From positions 6,378 through 70,377 of the forward strand of contig JAGNLA010000009.1 in the NCBI GenBank assembly GCA_017999835.1: a DNA stretch of 64,000 nucleotides, given 5' to 3'. This stretch comes from Caldisericia bacterium (GTDB taxonomy: Bacteria; Caldisericota; Caldisericia; JAAYUI01). The notes below the pieces were generated by a model. It had not been told where the DNA came from. It saw only the letters and a list, made by a program, of their open reading frames with translations, and searched no databases. Below, in pieces: positions 41,001-48,573 of this stretch; positions within the stretch are counted from its first letter, which is position 1; the number at the start of each line of letters is the position of its first letter. A program made the position numbers and the translations under genes.

Positions 41001-41205
41001 TTTTGAACCAATCATGAATTTTTATGTTTACATTATACCTTATGTAAACTTTGAATGCCGTAATCCGATTCGCCCTTGCTGCTGAAAGCCTCGGTTTTAT
41101 CATGTTCAATTCGACACGTATCGGACCAAGTGTTGCAAAAACCGGTGATACAAAAGCTATCGAAAGAATCAAAGCTGTAACCAAAATACCCAATTTGCCC
41201 TTCAT
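37903..41205 (-). CDS. Secreted array member 6 (1100 aa, with stalk domain)
   Basis: ATG 41205 (MKGKLGILVTALILSIAFVSPVFA signal peptide, AAAGGGG RBS). Same architecture; its C-terminus is identical to that of member 5. Confidence 0.85.
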   Translation of the reverse strand: MKGKLGILVTALILSIAFVSPVFATLGPIRVELNMIKPRLSAARANRITAFKVYIRYNVNIKIHDWFKIWFPIDENGLTDNPEEIASKICDGFQKIDEKISDPRFVPNEEYFKKFDNLELKKTGKMYAITGEKGYGEFYNIPASENVTNWGDICNIGKSIPRVVKDPSGLGFWMLGTIMPAMPFDDKDRKKALESLDSSTSIGYSPCGICSGYPRVINNCIERSLLLYTPLEVEAWRKGYNSIDINTSKTTGIIGPATPGRYRLAVATTPEPVPVESESFILPCSDVSDVTLEDNLMNNSSNALTVNFKTGEGGALDGGSSTIMLKLPATFVIPKRFAAKSIKINGAFVQSPPEITQSVGFAEMSIVCPTDVNNLGKAKIEFLSNSGIACKLTRDPLVVEVSTSSEPNFIKSAPLALASTPTTVVTPNEEYKNSFISCRTPLPDGEKLKVGTDIKLNFPEGFKLPASIIPANVSVMGVPTKALAVERNTFKITLPTDVEYFIAITVRAQAGVTNPKAGTYSFSITTPKDTYDCGQIEIIPTKGLVSNLVLSNYQSSLESKYSFKLTPSSQAQLAVGDIFRVEFPEGTILPRDFDLAKVTVGGKTAISTGVNGTTLAIATPIEITSIKPADVSIDIGIQNPRKHGSYNLKVYVDQGEPMVSEEYVLEPAPLKSWIYFLDPDKPNCGDWFNKPPILGFDCLNPDAKITFWFNNQPDKSVTYGGEARLMPGSQRAKITWQAEFNGVKEEPQTYNLNIDTVTPPLTLNYPKSNASTSSSSFFVSGERGFTEMLTDGDNEKYQVTDSVFVRFEGKETQLLQGEIYETKDQDSIEYKFQHTITLKEGPNVIEVIARDQACNETIIKRVITLDTEPPRFEVLSPKENEVFTEGDSTTIRVKTEANAMVYIDKTLAVIESTEGDTGIFSANVTLDAGKNIFVVSAKDVCGNTTSMNLVITAKPKKTVIVLTLDKKEWTVNGAAQYPLTTPPTSKFTDLRHKALNGTTYMPIRDIADLLNCTTEWDAKEKKMILNQHLPNGNAKVIECWLNKTVARIDGKEVKYNAKGTLYPVSINGKTMLPLRFVAENLGASVVFDAKTKQITLTYPK

Positions 41206-41398
41206 ATTTAGCACCCCTTTTGCTGTGATGGGTTTATTTTCACCTAATCCGGTTAAATCGAAAACAATTACCGATAAAGCATCTATCGGTATTGTTAAGG
41301 TTGGAATCAAAGAATGTCCTATAAATGGTAACTTTACAAAATAAGAAAATGAAAGTTTGTTGCCAGATGCAAACAAATCCTTAAACTATTTCATCAAA

Positions 41399-42928
41399 AT
41401 GAAACCCCAGGAACGAGACCTTACAGAAGGCAACACACTCAAAAATCTCTGGCTGCTGGCATGGCCAGGCATCGCAGGAAGGTTTTTTGAAAATCTCTAT
41501 CAGCTGGTCAATGTAAAACTGGTAGGACTTTTGGGGCCGGTTGCTGGAATGCTTGGACAATCCGCTGTTGTCACCTATGGTATTGTCGGTGGCTTCTTCG
41601 GAATCCTCAATAACATCTCGGGGCCAGGTTCAGTTACTGTAATAGCCAGAAATTGGGGTGCAAAGAACTATCCCAAGGCTGCCTGGGCGGCAGAACAGAC
41701 GCTTATTTATAAATTCCTTGCAGGAGTCATAGGCTCCGTCATTGGTTTGATTTTTCTTCGTCAGCTCCTGTTTCTTGCCGGCGCCTCTCAAGTGGTCAAC
41801 ATTCCGGCAAATTTGCACCCTACATCCGCTGAAATGCCATTTTGCTTGTCAGAGATGACCCTTGCCATTCAATATGGCACAGTCCTCCTGATATCCCTGC
41901 CTTTTCAATTCTGTTATTTCACTTTCAACACGATCTTCCGCTGCACCAGTGATAGCCAGACAGGCATGATTCTCAATTTCTCATCAGCAGTCCTCAACCT
42001 TGTGTTCGACATAGTCTTTATCCTTGGATGGGGAATCATCCCAAGGATGGGCATCATAGGTGCAGCATACTCAACTGTACTTGCGCAGATGTTGGTCTTT
42101 TTTGTTGGTATGGGTCTTATGCTTACAGGCAACAAAATCTCGGCCGAAAGGTACACCCTGCTTGCTCTTCCATACAGAGATGGTGACTCTGTCAGATTCA
42201 GGCTGAGATTGCCTTACTACAAATTCAGGCTGGAAAAACGCGGTATAAAAATCAGTTTTCGCGGTCTTTTCAAACCGGATATCGGAATTCTCAAAACTTT
42301 TCTGAGAATTGGCACCTCTTACGCTGTTACAAACTCGCTTGGTTCTGTGTCGTCAATGATTTTTATCAATCTGATTTCAGTTTTTGGACCAGCCTACAAA
42401 GCTGTCTACGGAGTCACCAACACAATTGCCGGTTTTGTTAACATGCCCTTGTTGGGATTACAACAGGCTGCAAGCGCACTTGTTGGCCAAAATCTTGGCG
42501 CACACAAGCCCCACGGAGCATATAAAACAACACTTTACGCAGTACTTATTGGTATAGGATTGTGCTCAATCACAGTATTTGTAGGTTTTCCATTTGGTGG
42601 AAGTATCATTGGCATGTTCCAGAGCAATCCTGATTCGATAAAGATAGGAGCAATGGTTTTCGGTTTGGCCATGACAAGCAATATGGTCAATGCTGGGCAA
42701 TGGATGCTTTGGACGGCTTTCGAAGGTTCTGGCTACACTTTCTGGCCGTCGTTACTTGGGCAGCTTAACCATTGGTTACTCAATATTTTACCTGTTATTG
42801 TGGCAATAAAAGTATACAGAGCAGATCTTGTTTGGATTTATTACATCGGCATTTTATCGTCGTCAAGTGTTATGTTTATCAACTGGCTGCTGTTTAAGAA
42901 TGGCTCCTGGAAATCCGCCAGAGTCTAA
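41399..42928 (+). CDS. MATE family efflux transporter
   Basis: RDLTEGNTLKNLWLLAWP, GDSQT-like SDSQTGM, NLVFD..FI.G.G..P.MGI.GAA.ST, SALVGQNLGA, AFEGSG.TF.P; about 12 TM segments. Confidence 0.9.
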   Translation: MKPQERDLTEGNTLKNLWLLAWPGIAGRFFENLYQLVNVKLVGLLGPVAGMLGQSAVVTYGIVGGFFGILNNISGPGSVTVIARNWGAKNYPKAAWAAEQTLIYKFLAGVIGSVIGLIFLRQLLFLAGASQVVNIPANLHPTSAEMPFCLSEMTLAIQYGTVLLISLPFQFCYFTFNTIFRCTSDSQTGMILNFSSAVLNLVFDIVFILGWGIIPRMGIIGAAYSTVLAQMLVFFVGMGLMLTGNKISAERYTLLALPYRDGDSVRFRLRLPYYKFRLEKRGIKISFRGLFKPDIGILKTFLRIGTSYAVTNSLGSVSSMIFINLISVFGPAYKAVYGVTNTIAGFVNMPLLGLQQAASALVGQNLGAHKPHGAYKTTLYAVLIGIGLCSITVFVGFPFGGSIIGMFQSNPDSIKIGAMVFGLAMTSNMVNAGQWMLWTAFEGSGYTFWPSLLGQLNHWLLNILPVIVAIKVYRADLVWIYYIGILSSSSVMFINWLLFKNGSWKSARV

Positions 42929-43008
42929 TCTTGACTACCAAGAGAAACTATTGTTAAATCATTACTGAATGAAACTATTTACCGTAGTTCCAGGTATTTT
43001 CTAGAAAA

Positions 43009-45441
43009 ATGAAAAGACTTTGCGCGCTAGCATTGATCCTCGTTCAACTAGCATCGGTTTTTTACTGCGTGAATGCTGCGAAAATAACCAGATGGTGGCT
43101 ATCAAATTTTATGCCCTCGGTTCTATTGTCCAGTGACCACACGCAAAACGCCCCGATCTTATCGGGCGGGTATCTCAGTTGGCTGGACACCCGTAACAAG
43201 TTTCATGACACTGAAGGCAGGATAATGCCACGCATTTTCATGATGGATATCGCCACTAGCGAGGAAAAACCCTGTTCAGCCTTTACAAGGAAAACCCCAT
43301 ACAGGTCGATGTACAGAAACATATCCGTCTGGTCTGAAAATCCATCATCCCAACCAAGTGATGACAACTACAACATCATGTCCTACGATTTTCTAACTGG
43401 TACTCGAAAAATCGTTTGCAACGCTAAGAAACGCCAGGACAACCCTCAAGTTTCCAAGGATTGGATCATCTGGAGAGACTGGAGAAACTGCCAATCATCA
43501 TCAGATGACCAGCAGAATTGTGAGATCTATGGCATTAACATTTCAGATGGCAAAGAGTTTTTGGTTAAAGACCTCAACAGCCAGGGGACAGCGGAACTCT
43601 ACAATGATTACGTTGCTTTATCACTAAAAATGTCTGACAAAAGCGATTACGACATCTATATTTTTGTCCTTGCAACAAAAAAACTCCTGCCAATCTGTAC
43701 TGCTCCAGGCGATCAGATATCTCCAAAAATCATTGGCAACACCATCTTGTGGCTGGACTGCAGAACTTGCAGCACAAACAGCGACTCAATGATCACCAAC
43801 ATTTATGGGTATTCATTGTCAACAAAAAAGGAACTGTACATCTCGTCTCTTCCAAACAGGGAGTTCGGCCTGACGGTTGGAGACAGATACGCCGCCTGGT
43901 ATTATCAACCTTCTCAGAGTTTCTCAGGAACAATAAAAACCATGATCAAAGGTTATGACACGATCGCCGGCAAAACCATCCCAATTACTGAAAAACCTGG
44001 AATCTACTCCAATATTTCAATTGCTGGCAAGTATTGTGTTTATGAAACCTCCGATCCATGCTCCGATTTTGGTTCAGACATAAAAATCTATGATTTCACA
44101 ACAGGAAAAACCTACTGGGTTTTTAGAGGGTTTGGTGACCAACGTAATCCGGTAATCTATGGCGACGTTGTCGCTTGGGAGGATCATGGCAGTTTTGATT
44201 CCGAATCCATATCAATATGGTATACAAACGTAAAAAATCCAGTAGAAACTGCAGAACCTCAAACATATGGCTCAAGACCGGCGAACATTTGGTCGACAGC
44301 ACATGGCAACAACCAGCGAACAAACTTCTCCCCTTCGCAAATTAAAAAAATGTTGGGAAATCCATTCACGATTCAATGGACATTTGATTTGCAGGAACTA
44401 ACCTACTCCACTCCAATTTTTGACAAAAAAGGCTACGCCTTTTTTGGTGTCGATGACAGCAAGTTCTATTGCCTCAATGTTTTTGATGGCCAAAAGGCCT
44501 GGGATTTTCAAACGATTGGCAAGGTCAAGGGATCTGCTGCATTGTACATGGAACGATTATTTTTTGGCGACGACAAGGGTGTTTTTTATTGTCTTGATTC
44601 ACAGACAGGGCAGGAGATATGGAGATTTCAGACTGGCGGAGCCATAACAGGTTCACCCGCAGTCTTTCAGGGCGATATCGATCATTATGGCTGCGTCGCT
44701 TTCTCGTCCTCAGACAAAAAACTGTATCTACTCAACGCTCTCTCGAAAACTCCTTCCGTAAAATGGACTTTTGATCTTGAAGGCTGGGCAGTCGACGCTC
44801 CAGCAGTAGATTACAATTCAACGCTTAAGTTGATTGACCGACAGGCAACATCAAAAGTCATTTATATTTGTACATCAAACAACAGGTTGCTGTGCATAGA
44901 TGCAACGACCGGCAGACTTCTTTCAGAATTGAAGACGAAGAATGCCTTGAACACCTCTCCGACAGCCTATGGTTCCAAGGTTCTCATATCAACATCCGAG
45001 GGAATTATTATTGGTTCAGATTTTTCGGCATGGGGCATGAAGCCTTGCACTACATTCAAGGAAGAGACCAATCATCCCCTGAGCGGATCGGTAGTTTACG
45101 ATTCTATCAACGACCGCATATGCTACGAAGTCGCTCCCGGAACAATCAAATGTGTCAAGGAAAAAGACAGCTGGACCTATAACATCTCTGAACCATTGAA
45201 GGCCACGCCAACGCTCTTATTTAACAACACAGACGAATCAACTGTTCTCGCCTGTTGCACTGAATCTGGCAAGCTTGTGATACTTGACACCTCAAACGGT
45301 TCAGAAATAGCAAAAATCGCCCTTAAAAGTGCAGCAACCACATCCATATCCATATTTGACACCGGATACCCCTCAATTCTTGTCGCAACAAAGGATAAAA
45401 AAATATACTGTATAAGCCAACGCCCCAAGCAAGATGACTGA
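43009..45441 (+). CDS. Secreted protein with N-terminal surface beta-propeller repeats and a C-terminal PQQ/BamB-like propeller
   Basis: Signal peptide; repeats DQISPKIIGNTILWLD, DQRNPVIYGDVVAWED and QDNPQVSKDWIIWRD; PQQ-type repeats FYCLN..DG.KAW.F.T.G.V.GS and G.FYCLD..TG.EIW.F.TGG.I.GSP. Confidence 0.8.
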   Translation: MKRLCALALILVQLASVFYCVNAAKITRWWLSNFMPSVLLSSDHTQNAPILSGGYLSWLDTRNKFHDTEGRIMPRIFMMDIATSEEKPCSAFTRKTPYRSMYRNISVWSENPSSQPSDDNYNIMSYDFLTGTRKIVCNAKKRQDNPQVSKDWIIWRDWRNCQSSSDDQQNCEIYGINISDGKEFLVKDLNSQGTAELYNDYVALSLKMSDKSDYDIYIFVLATKKLLPICTAPGDQISPKIIGNTILWLDCRTCSTNSDSMITNIYGYSLSTKKELYISSLPNREFGLTVGDRYAAWYYQPSQSFSGTIKTMIKGYDTIAGKTIPITEKPGIYSNISIAGKYCVYETSDPCSDFGSDIKIYDFTTGKTYWVFRGFGDQRNPVIYGDVVAWEDHGSFDSESISIWYTNVKNPVETAEPQTYGSRPANIWSTAHGNNQRTNFSPSQIKKMLGNPFTIQWTFDLQELTYSTPIFDKKGYAFFGVDDSKFYCLNVFDGQKAWDFQTIGKVKGSAALYMERLFFGDDKGVFYCLDSQTGQEIWRFQTGGAITGSPAVFQGDIDHYGCVAFSSSDKKLYLLNALSKTPSVKWTFDLEGWAVDAPAVDYNSTLKLIDRQATSKVIYICTSNNRLLCIDATTGRLLSELKTKNALNTSPTAYGSKVLISTSEGIIIGSDFSAWGMKPCTTFKEETNHPLSGSVVYDSINDRICYEVAPGTIKCVKEKDSWTYNISEPLKATPTLLFNNTDESTVLACCTESGKLVILDTSNGSEIAKIALKSAATTSISIFDTGYPSILVATKDKKIYCISQRPKQDD

Positions 45442-45483
45442 AAATATTTTCGGTTTTTTGGCAAACAGCAAATATCTTTTTTG

Positions 45484-45511
45484 TTGACTGTGTTTTTTTC
45501 CCATCTAATAT
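45484..45511 (+). promoter_or_regulatory. Putative sigma70 promoter of rplU (TTGACT-N16-TAATAT)
   Basis: TTGACT at 45484-45489, TAATAT at 45506-45511, followed by a GGAGG RBS before ATG 45545. Confidence 0.55.
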
Positions 45512-45544
45512 AGAACAGATGTAAACATTATCTGGAGGAATGCT

Positions 45545-45859
45545 ATGTACGCAGTCATCAAAACAGGTGGAAAACACTATAAGGTTGCTGAAGGCGACGT
45601 TGTAAGGGTTGAAAAACTCGATGTCGAAGCCGGCAAAGAATTCACATTTGGTGAAGTTTCAATGATTGAAAACGGTGGTCAGGTCAAGATCGGACAGCCG
45701 TTTGTCTCAGGAGCAAAGGTTGTGGCGGATGTTGTTGATCAAATCAAAGGTCCAAAACTCACAGTCTTCTTCTATCGTCACAAGACAAACCACAAGAGAA
45801 TGATGGGTCACCGTCAGCCATACTCAGAAGTAAAAATTAAACAAATCATAGGAGGTTAG
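45545..45859 (+). CDS. rplU: 50S ribosomal protein L21
   Basis: MYAVIKTGGKHYKV.EGD, GQPFVSGAKV.A.V, GHRQPYSEVKI. Confidence 0.98.
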   Translation: MYAVIKTGGKHYKVAEGDVVRVEKLDVEAGKEFTFGEVSMIENGGQVKIGQPFVSGAKVVADVVDQIKGPKLTVFFYRHKTNHKRMMGHRQPYSEVKIKQIIGG

Positions 45860-45867
45860 CAAAAGAA

Positions 45868-47184
45868 ATGCCAAGAAAAGTAATCATCATGGGCGCAGCC
45901 GGACGTGATTTCCACAACTTTAACGTCCTTTACCGCGACAATCCCGACTACAACGTTGTCGCCTTTACAGCAACTCAGATTCCTGACATTGCAGGCAGGA
46001 AGTACCCGGTCGAACTTGCAGGCAAGCTCTACCCAAATGGTATTCCAATCTACGACGAAAAAGAGCTCACAAAGCTCATCAAGGAACATAAGGCAGACGA
46101 CGTCGTATTCTCCTACTCCGACCAGCCACACCATGTGGTTATGAACAAGGCAGCCCTCGTTAATGCAAACGGCGCCAACTTCATCATGACCGGTTATCAG
46201 AACACGGCAATCAAATCCACAAAACCAATTATCTCGGTCACAGCTGTCCGCACAGGTTGCGGCAAGAGCCAAACAACAAGAGCTGTCCTTGAAGTCCTCA
46301 AGAAGATGGGCAAAAAGGTAGTCTCAGTTCGTCATCCAATGCCATACGGCGACCTTGCAAAACAGGCAGTTCAGAGATTTGCCAACTACTCCGACCTCGA
46401 CAAGCACGAATGCACAATTGAGGAAAGGGAAGAGTACGAACCACACATCGACATGGGCGCAGTCATCTACTCAGGCGTCGACTATGAAAAGATCCTTCGT
46501 GAAGCTGAAAAAGAAGCAGACGTAATCATCTGGGACGGCGGAAACAATGACACACCATTCTACCTTGCCGACCTTGCAATCGTCGTAGCTGACCCACTCA
46601 GACCAGGTCATGAAATCTCCTACTACCCAGGCGAAACAAACATCGACATGGCAGATGCAGTCGTTATCAACAAAATCGACTCAGCATATCCGGAAGATGT
46701 TCAGCTTGTCAGGGAAAACATAATCTCAAGAAATCCAAACGCAGTCATCATCGACGCTGCCTCGCCAGTTTTTGTCAACAATCCAGAACAGATCAAAGGC
46801 AAGAAGGTCCTCGTTCTGGAAGACGGCCCGACGCTCACCCACGGCGAAATGACATACGGCGCAGGTTTTGTTGCAGCACAAAAAGCCGGTGCAGGCGAAA
46901 TCGTCAGCCCGAAACCATACGCAGTCAGATCAATTGCCGACACCTTTGCAAAGTACACCCATGTCGAAGACATCCTTCCAGCAATGGGCTACGGCGACGC
47001 ACAGGTCAAGGATCTCAAGGACACCATCGAAGCAGTACCATGCGATATCATCGTCTCGGCAACTCCAATCGACATCACCAGAGTCCTCAAAGTCAGCAAG
47101 CCAATCGTTCGCGTTGGTTATGAACTCCAGGTCATCGGCATGCCGACCCTTGAAGGTCTGATCAAGAACAAATTCAATTGGTAA
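45868..47184 (+). CDS. Cyclic 2,3-diphosphoglycerate synthetase-like P-loop protein (COG2403), probable arginine synthetase (ArcE-like)
   Basis: KVIIMGAAGRDFHNFN, AFTATQIP.I.GR.YP, P-loop AVRTGCGKSQT, RHPMPYG, EEREEYEPHI, WDGGNND, EDGPT.THG. Lies directly upstream of ornithine carbamoyltransferase. Confidence 0.75.
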   Translation: MPRKVIIMGAAGRDFHNFNVLYRDNPDYNVVAFTATQIPDIAGRKYPVELAGKLYPNGIPIYDEKELTKLIKEHKADDVVFSYSDQPHHVVMNKAALVNANGANFIMTGYQNTAIKSTKPIISVTAVRTGCGKSQTTRAVLEVLKKMGKKVVSVRHPMPYGDLAKQAVQRFANYSDLDKHECTIEEREEYEPHIDMGAVIYSGVDYEKILREAEKEADVIIWDGGNNDTPFYLADLAIVVADPLRPGHEISYYPGETNIDMADAVVINKIDSAYPEDVQLVRENIISRNPNAVIIDAASPVFVNNPEQIKGKKVLVLEDGPTLTHGEMTYGAGFVAAQKAGAGEIVSPKPYAVRSIADTFAKYTHVEDILPAMGYGDAQVKDLKDTIEAVPCDIIVSATPIDITRVLKVSKPIVRVGYELQVIGMPTLEGLIKNKFNW

Positions 47185-47200
47185 AAAGGAGAATTCTCAA

Positions 47201-48136
47201 ATGGCAGTAAACCTCAAAGGAAAATCGCTGATCTCAATCCACGATCTGACACCAGAAGAAGTGGATCAGATCTTTGACGTTGCCAGAACTCTCAAGCTTG
47301 AGAGGCTCATGGGCAAGTATGTCAACCCGATCCTTGCAGGCAAGTCATTTGCAATGATCTTCGAAAAGCCATCCACACGCACAAGACTGAGCTTCGACAT
47401 TGCGATGCACGAACTCGGTGGAAACCCGATCTACCTGTCGTCAAACGACATGCAGCTCTCAAGGGGCGAGTCCATCGCCGACACGGCCAGGGTTCTCTCA
47501 CGTTTTGTCCACGGCATCCAGGCCAGGGTTTTTGAACACCAGAAACTCGTCGACCTTGCAAAGTACGGCTCTGTCCCAGTAATCAACGGTCTCTCTGACC
47601 GCGAACATCCATGCCAGGTTCTTGCAGACCTGTTCACCATCTCCGAAAAATTCGGCATGGTTTCAGGCCTCAAGATGGTCTACATGGGCGACGGTTCAAA
47701 CAACATGGCTCACTCACTCATGCACGGTTGTGCTAAAGTCGGCATGGATCTTACAGTCTGCGCACCGTCCGACTTCCTCCCAGACCCAGAGGTCATGAAG
47801 GAAGCTCAGGAAGACGCAGAAAAATCCGGCTCCGAGATCACAGTCTCCCATGATCCAAAGACAGCCGTTGTCGATGCAGACGTCATCTACACCGACGTTT
47901 GGGCATCCATGGGTCAGGAAACCGAGCACAAGGCAAGAGTCCAGAAGATGATGCCATTCCAGGTAAACAAGGAATTGATGAACCTTTGTGAAGGCGCAAT
48001 CTTCCTGCACTGCCTGCCGGCACACCGTGGCGAAGAAGTCACAGACGACGTCGTAGACGCAAAGTATTCAGTGGTCTTCGACGAAGCCGAAAACAGACTC
48101 CACGTTCAGAAGGCAATCCTTGCCCTGTTGATGTAA
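47201..48136 (+). CDS. argF: Ornithine carbamoyltransferase
   Basis: FEKPSTRTR, GESIADTARV, INGLSD.EHPCQ.LAD, GDG.NN, DVWASMG, FLHCLPA.RG.EV, AENRLH.QKA. Confidence 0.96.
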   Translation: MAVNLKGKSLISIHDLTPEEVDQIFDVARTLKLERLMGKYVNPILAGKSFAMIFEKPSTRTRLSFDIAMHELGGNPIYLSSNDMQLSRGESIADTARVLSRFVHGIQARVFEHQKLVDLAKYGSVPVINGLSDREHPCQVLADLFTISEKFGMVSGLKMVYMGDGSNNMAHSLMHGCAKVGMDLTVCAPSDFLPDPEVMKEAQEDAEKSGSEITVSHDPKTAVVDADVIYTDVWASMGQETEHKARVQKMMPFQVNKELMNLCEGAIFLHCLPAHRGEEVTDDVVDAKYSVVFDEAENRLHVQKAILALLM

Positions 48137-48151
48137 ATCAATAAACCAATC

Positions 48152-48186
48152 AAAAAAAGGCTGGCAAAAAATTGCCAGCCTTTTTT
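48152..48186 (+). terminator. Intrinsic terminator after argF
   Basis: AAAAAAGGCTGGCAA...TTGCCAGCCTTTTTT hairpin with a U tract. Confidence 0.85.
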
Positions 48187-48230
48187 ATTTACGGCTTTCA
48201 ATGAAAACTGAAAATGATATCATATTGTTC

Positions 48231-48572
48231 ATGCACGAACTTCCAGTCTCACAAGAGATTTTAAAAGTGTTGCAGGACGAGGCAAAAAAAAGAAACGCCA
48301 GAGTCAAGGGTGTAAAACTTCGAATTGGCAGGCTCTCGGGCAATGAACCGAACTCTATTGCATTCTTCCTCGAGGTGCTGACAAAAGGCACCGACATGGA
48401 AGGATTGAAGGTTGAGTCGGAGGTTATCGACCCGGTACTCCTTTGCAACGCCTGCAAAAAGGAATTCACAGTCGAAGATATAATCTTTATCTGCCCACAC
48501 TGCGGCAGTGTAGATTGCAAAATGCTTTCTGGTGGTGACCTGGAAATTGTCACAATCAGCCTGGAGGATTAA
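48231..48572 (+). CDS. hypA: Hydrogenase/urease nickel insertion protein HypA
   Basis: MHELPV, LRIGRLSG, Zn-binding CNAC and CPHC, GGDL.I..I. Confidence 0.93.
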   Translation: MHELPVSQEILKVLQDEAKKRNARVKGVKLRIGRLSGNEPNSIAFFLEVLTKGTDMEGLKVESEVIDPVLLCNACKKEFTVEDIIFICPHCGSVDCKMLSGGDLEIVTISLED

Positions 48573-48573
48573 A

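Noticed and set aside
22665-41205. Diversity-generating retroelement as the cause of paralog variation
   Set aside because: No reverse transcriptase and no template/variable repeat pair differing only at adenines. The variable region is N-terminal with indels. A distant DGR cannot be excluded from this window.
22665-41205. Invertible (shufflon-type) locus
   Set aside because: No recombinase gene and no inverted recombination sites seen; all six paralogs share one orientation.
41206-41398. Longer starts for array member 6 (41376) and the MATE gene (41357); riboswitch in this gap
   Set aside because: The extensions precede a clear signal peptide or family start and overlap each other. No c-di-GMP, c-di-AMP or T-box consensus was recognised.
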